The translations under genes were made by a program, and so were the position numbers. From Eledone cirrhosa (Eukaryota): DNA of 64,000 nucleotides. This document shows positions 59,123 to 64,000 of this stretch, one piece after another. Below the pieces are notes generated by a model. It did no database searches. It worked only from the letters and a program-made list of their open reading frames with translations, and was not told the origin of the DNA. Where the stretch lies: the NCBI GenBank assembly GCA_964016885.1, contig OZ024743.1, forward strand, positions 346,890,001 through 346,954,000. The letters are read 5' to 3'. Positions within the stretch are counted from its first letter, which is position 1. The number at the start of each line of letters is the position of its first letter.

Positions 59123-60592
59123 CATGTATGTATGTATGTATGCACATACATATGTATCCAGAATAAAGGCAAATCTCCCATTTTTTGAAGTCCTAAAAAA
59201 TACTCTATCCTTCATCACTACCTCACTCTGTACAAAGCTGAAACGCGATCTTTATTATGTATCAACTGCTATATCAGGGACATTCCAGAAACCGTTGAAA
59301 AATGTCCCAACAGCTGGTTGGTAAAGATTCACTCATCAACACATTCTTATGACTACGTCACAGAAACAGCTATTTTTCTTTCTCTCTCAGACCTTATTAC
59401 CAATAGTATAATATTCTTCTGAATTATGTTCTATATTTTATCTACTAACGATTCCCTGAAGTAATAATCTGCATGTAATCTCCGCCTTGTGCATTTGCTT
59501 ATTCCCTCCTTTTTATTTCTACTCTATCAAACTACATATTTCCAGCATTAAACACTCCTCAGTCCTTCCTAACAAGAATGAAAGCCGTTTCAAAGACATT
59601 TCTGTCATCATTGCTGTTATTTATCCCCTGCCACATAGATCAGTCCTGATATATAAACATATGGTAAAAAGGCATCTCAATTATTGCTATTCCAGTTTAT
59701 AATTATTGCTATTCCATGAAGTAGATGTGAGAAGTTCGCAAAGAAACTAGGTGTATGTTTATATGCGACTATAGTCTGAATCAAGTTTTGGTCAGTTAAG
59801 CTCGCAATCATTCAAATCATATTTGGAGAAACGTTATATATATGTGTGCGTTCAGTCTATCAGCTGTTATATTGAAATGATAATGAACATCTCTCTTCTT
59901 AACTCAACGTGTAGCATATGTGTGAACATTATTAACTCAACGTGCAGCATATATTTGACAATTATTATGTGCATATTGGTGTATCATGGCCGTGAATGGT
60001 TCAATAATATAATTGAACGGAGCACTACAGTTACGGCTAAGAGGCTTTCGTATCTAGCATTGTAGTTACAAAATACATGAAATAATATTATTGTTCATAT
60101 AATATTGCCATAAAATGGAGATGCAAAAGTTTAATACAGATGATAATGGTACAAGCATATGTAAACAACAAGTTAATAAACAATTATTTACACAAAACAA
60201 AATACATATAACATCCGCTTGTCATCAGGAATTATTAAAAGTGATTGAATTTAACCAAATGCAAGTTTCGAGAATATAAGCAGTATCAAATTTTGGATAT
60301 AACCAAGCACATAACGAAGAAAGCAATATATCAAAGTTAAATTATGAATGGACCTCCTATGTTGATCAAACAGAATATATTGGACATACGGTGGCATATG
60401 TATGCATTGTTTTATTGGTTTCAGCTTACTGGAACAGTGTTTGTTTTTATTCTAATTAATATATTTCTAATAAGTGGATTTTGTATATATATATAAATAT
60501 AACGTTATCACTCTTCTTGCTACTTCAAAAGTTAAACTAATATATGCTGTCCATGTACTGCGGCGCGGTTTATCTTTTTATTTCTTTTCACC

Positions 60593-60759
<167 letters not shown>

Positions 60760-60828
60760 AAAATCTTAAAAAATAAAACTACTGTTATCCTTTCCTAGAC
60801 AGTAATCTTGCGAACAAATATCGTCCGC

Positions 60829-60900
<72 letters not shown>

Positions 60901-60999
60901 TGTGTATGTGTGAGTAAGTGTATGCATGTGTGTGTATGAGTGTGTATGTGTGTAGGTTTTGAACAATGAACATAAAAAGCAAAAGGCGGAGACAAATGC

Positions 61000-62225
61000 T
61001 TTATTAGTTCAATGATTTACGATCGTTTCTGCGGGTCGATTGTTCATAATGGAACGATATATTGATGAATTGATAGTGGTTATGCCACCACATATCACTA
61101 ATCTTCATATTCAAGATCCATCTCACCTTCTTCCTCAGAATCATTGAACTATAATCTTTATTTGTAAGATATGTAAGAAAGCTGAAACGCATCAAAATAG
61201 ATAAATATGGATAAAAATAACCGGATTAGATACGCCTATTAAAGCTATTTAATCTCAGCAGCAGTTTCGTAAGCAATCTTCGTAAGGAATTATATGAATC
61301 TGGATATTTGGGAGGATATTAATTTAATGGAATAAATTGTAGTGGTGTTAGATGTTAGGTAGGTTTGTATAATCTGAAAGTCTTTAGCATTTTGTGATTG
61401 GTGTTAAAAGTTAGGTAGGTTTGTATGATCTGAAAGTCTTTAGCATTTTGTGATTGGTGTTAAAAGCTAGGTAGGTTTGTATGATCTGAAAGTTTTTAGC
61501 ATTTTGTGATTGGTGTTAAAAGTTAGATAGGTTTGTATGATCTGAAAGTCTTTAGCATTTTGTGATTGGTGTTAAAAGCTAGGTAGGCTCGTATGATCTG
61601 AAAGTCTTTAGCATTTTGTGATTGGTGTTAAAAGCTAGGTAGGTTTGTATGATCTGAAAGTCTTTAGCATTTTGTGATTGGTGTTAAAAGCTAGGTAGGC
61701 TCGTATGATCTGAAAGTCTTTAGCATTTTGTGACTGCTTCATATTAGAAGAGGCTCTTCGGAGATCAGGCTTTGGAAAATTTTCTGAGAGCATAACGCAC
61801 ATCTCGTATGCTCTCCCTGATACTTCTTCGGGGTCCATTTTTCCAATAGTAACATCAAAGAAATTCCCATATGTTTTCTCTGTCCATTGCTCATTCTCGA
61901 ATTCTATTATAGTTTTCTTGGCATGTAGAATTACAGCTATCTCAGTCTTGGTGATATCAAATCTTCTTCTAGACAAAACAAGTGCCAGATTGAGTAATAT
62001 TGGATGAATAATAGCCGTCCATATCGAATTGTTGAAAGCAAGTCACTTCCCTCGCTTTTAGTTTAATATAACATTCGATCGGTGATTTTCCAAAGTGGGA
62101 GTTTCAAATACTTCTTCACTTGTAGTATAATCCTGTCCAAAGATTACTTGGCTAATTCTTCCGATGCCGAATGTTGACGGGTTGAGTAGTCTTATAGAAG
62201 GATTGCTAAGGGAAACTATTTTATG
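61000..62225 (-). pseudogene. Highly decayed Penelope-like RT remnant (different lineage from 8036)
   Basis: Minus-strand peptides LLNPSTFGIGRIS, FQQFDMDGYY, ILHAKKTII..W..FFDVTIG resemble Penelope-like RT motifs; boundaries approximate. Confidence 0.55.
61355..61733. repeat. 56-bp minisatellite, about 6.8 units
   Basis: (T/C)TAGGTAGGTTTGTATGATCTGAAAGTCTTTAGCATTTTGTGATTGGTGTTAAAAG at 61355, 61411, 61467, 61523, 61579, 61635, 61691. Confidence 0.95.
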
Positions 62226-62392
62226 GTCCTTGAAGCTAAACTACCGAGACAAGTAACATATCATGGCATAACCACTATCAATTTGTCAATATATCGATTT
62301 ATCATGATCAATCAACCCCCTGAAAGGATTGCAAACCAATAAACACATTGACCTTTGCCTGTGGTTTTACTTTATCTTTATTGTTGAAAGCA

Positions 62393-62423
<31 letters not shown>

Positions 62424-62427
<4 letters not shown>

Positions 62428-62594
62428 AGAGTCAGGAGCCCGACGACAGAGCTCCGGTTTTTCGACAGCTAGATCCGATTTAGCTGTTGAAATGGACGGA
62501 TCTCAGCCGTCGAGGTCCTGACCCTTTTCCTATTACCCACTCTACTAACCTAAGTATCGAGTACTCTGGTGCGTTATGGTCCACCTGGTATCTT
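62424..62594. mobile_element. Family G mini fold-back element (opposite orientation to 48481)
   Basis: GAAAAGAGTCAGGAGCCCGACG..TTTCGACAGCTA-GATCCGATT-TAGCTGTTGAAA..GCCGTCGAGGTCCTGACCCTTTTCC plus tail; TA flanks. Confidence 0.75.
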
Positions 62595-62636
62595 ATATAT
62601 ATATATATATATATATATGTATTCTTCTTTCTTTTT

Positions 62637-62909
62637 CTCTTAAGCCAGAAGGCTCATTTGACCGGTGCTTATCCCGGTTTCATGGCGTGAAGTGACTGAG
62701 AGTACAAGACAGCCCCTTGTACAGGACGCCAGTCCATTGCAGGGTTAAACCTCCAGCTATTGTTAGTACTCATTTTCAGCTGAGTAAACTGGAGCAACGT
62801 GAAATAAAGTGTCTTGCTCAAGGAAACAACACATCACCCGGTCTGAGAATTGAACTCACAACCTTTCAATTGCAAGCCTAATGCTCTAACCACTAAGCCA
62901 TGCGCCTTC
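62637..62909 (-). mobile_element. SINE family 3
   Basis: Reverse complement of the 52901-53173 consensus. Confidence 0.8.
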
Positions 62910-62943
62910 ACATATATATATATGTGAGTGTGTGATTATATAT

Positions 62944-62974
<31 letters not shown>

Positions 62975-63817
62975 AAATATTAAACAAATAATGAATAAAC
63001 AATGAAACAGTTCCTTATATTAAACAAAAAAAGTTCACTATTTAACGATCGTTTCTAGGATATATATGTGTTAGAATTGGCATGCATATTCAACAGATCT
63101 ATGTACAAAATTATACAAAATTATACAAACTATCAAGATTAAATATACATACCAACACATATATACGCCGTCTTCAGAAATAATGAAATATATTTATTGA
63201 TAATAACAACAATTCAAACTTTCAGGTCCGTTTGGGAACAAAATTGACCAATGAAAATACAAAAGGTTTAATGCAGTTCGGTGTGTGTATATACATGTAA
63301 CTACCCTTACACATATTTTACAAAAATGTATGCACAACTTGTATACACATATAAAAAGGATGGATGCAAATACAAAATTTCAAGGTTAATGTCTCTGTAA
63401 GTTTATAATGCACAGATAAGATGCGTATAGACACATAAATATGAAATAAGTGTATACACATATTTTCATACTAACACATATCCGTACAATCACACATACA
63501 CGCGCGTATATGCATAAACATACACATAAACTACGAACATACAAACACACACACACCCCCACTCACATATATATATGTGGATATAAAATCTTAAGCACAT
63601 GGATATTAATTCACTCACATAAACACTGGCACACACATTTAGATCAAGATACAGAAATTATGTGGGAGGAGGGGGAGAGGTCAGTATTCAACTGTTTGGG
63701 CAGACTGCTTAATATAGATGTATCTATAGACTAAGAAAATAAAAAATAATAAATAATAAATAAACATTAAAAAGGAAAGAAAAGAAAAAAGAAAAAAGAA
63801 AAAAGAAATATATCAAG

Positions 63818-63901
<84 letters not shown>

Positions 63902-64000
63902 CACACACACACACATATATATACATACACATATACAAACACATACATATACACACATCCACACTTAGAACATACATACACACACATATATAAACATATA

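Noticed and set aside
61355-61733. CRISPR-like array
   Set aside because: Contiguous tandem units with no unique spacers; eukaryotic context; no cas genes
61635-61976. MSRRR.. as a possible Spalt NuRD-binding N-terminus (MSRRKQ)
   Set aside because: Wrong strand, downstream of the gene, non-ATG start, and part of an RT remnant

Overview
AT-rich, microsatellite-dense animal genomic DNA. The SINE and repeat make-up suggests a coleoid cephalopod such as Octopus (inference). The only host gene I can support is a spalt/Sall-family C2H2 zinc-finger gene on the + strand, with a 117-bp exon at 19142-19258 spliced to a 4.5-kb terminal coding exon at 25822-30338; its 5' exon(s) were not found. Most six-frame ORFs are (TA)n/(CA)n artefacts. 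The rest consists of tRNA-derived SINEs, a decayed Penelope-like element (RT + GIY-YIG) with a hammerhead ribozyme, and a second Penelope-like RT remnant. Most notably, there is a dense population of small non-coding elements inserted into (TA)n tracts. These carry type I hammerhead ribozyme motifs, arranged either as fold-back inverted repeats (ribozyme on both strands, with the inversion often starting in or near hammerhead stem II) or as tandem, circularly permuted retrozyme-like units of about 420 and 533-556 bp. All structures were read by eye and none were computed.
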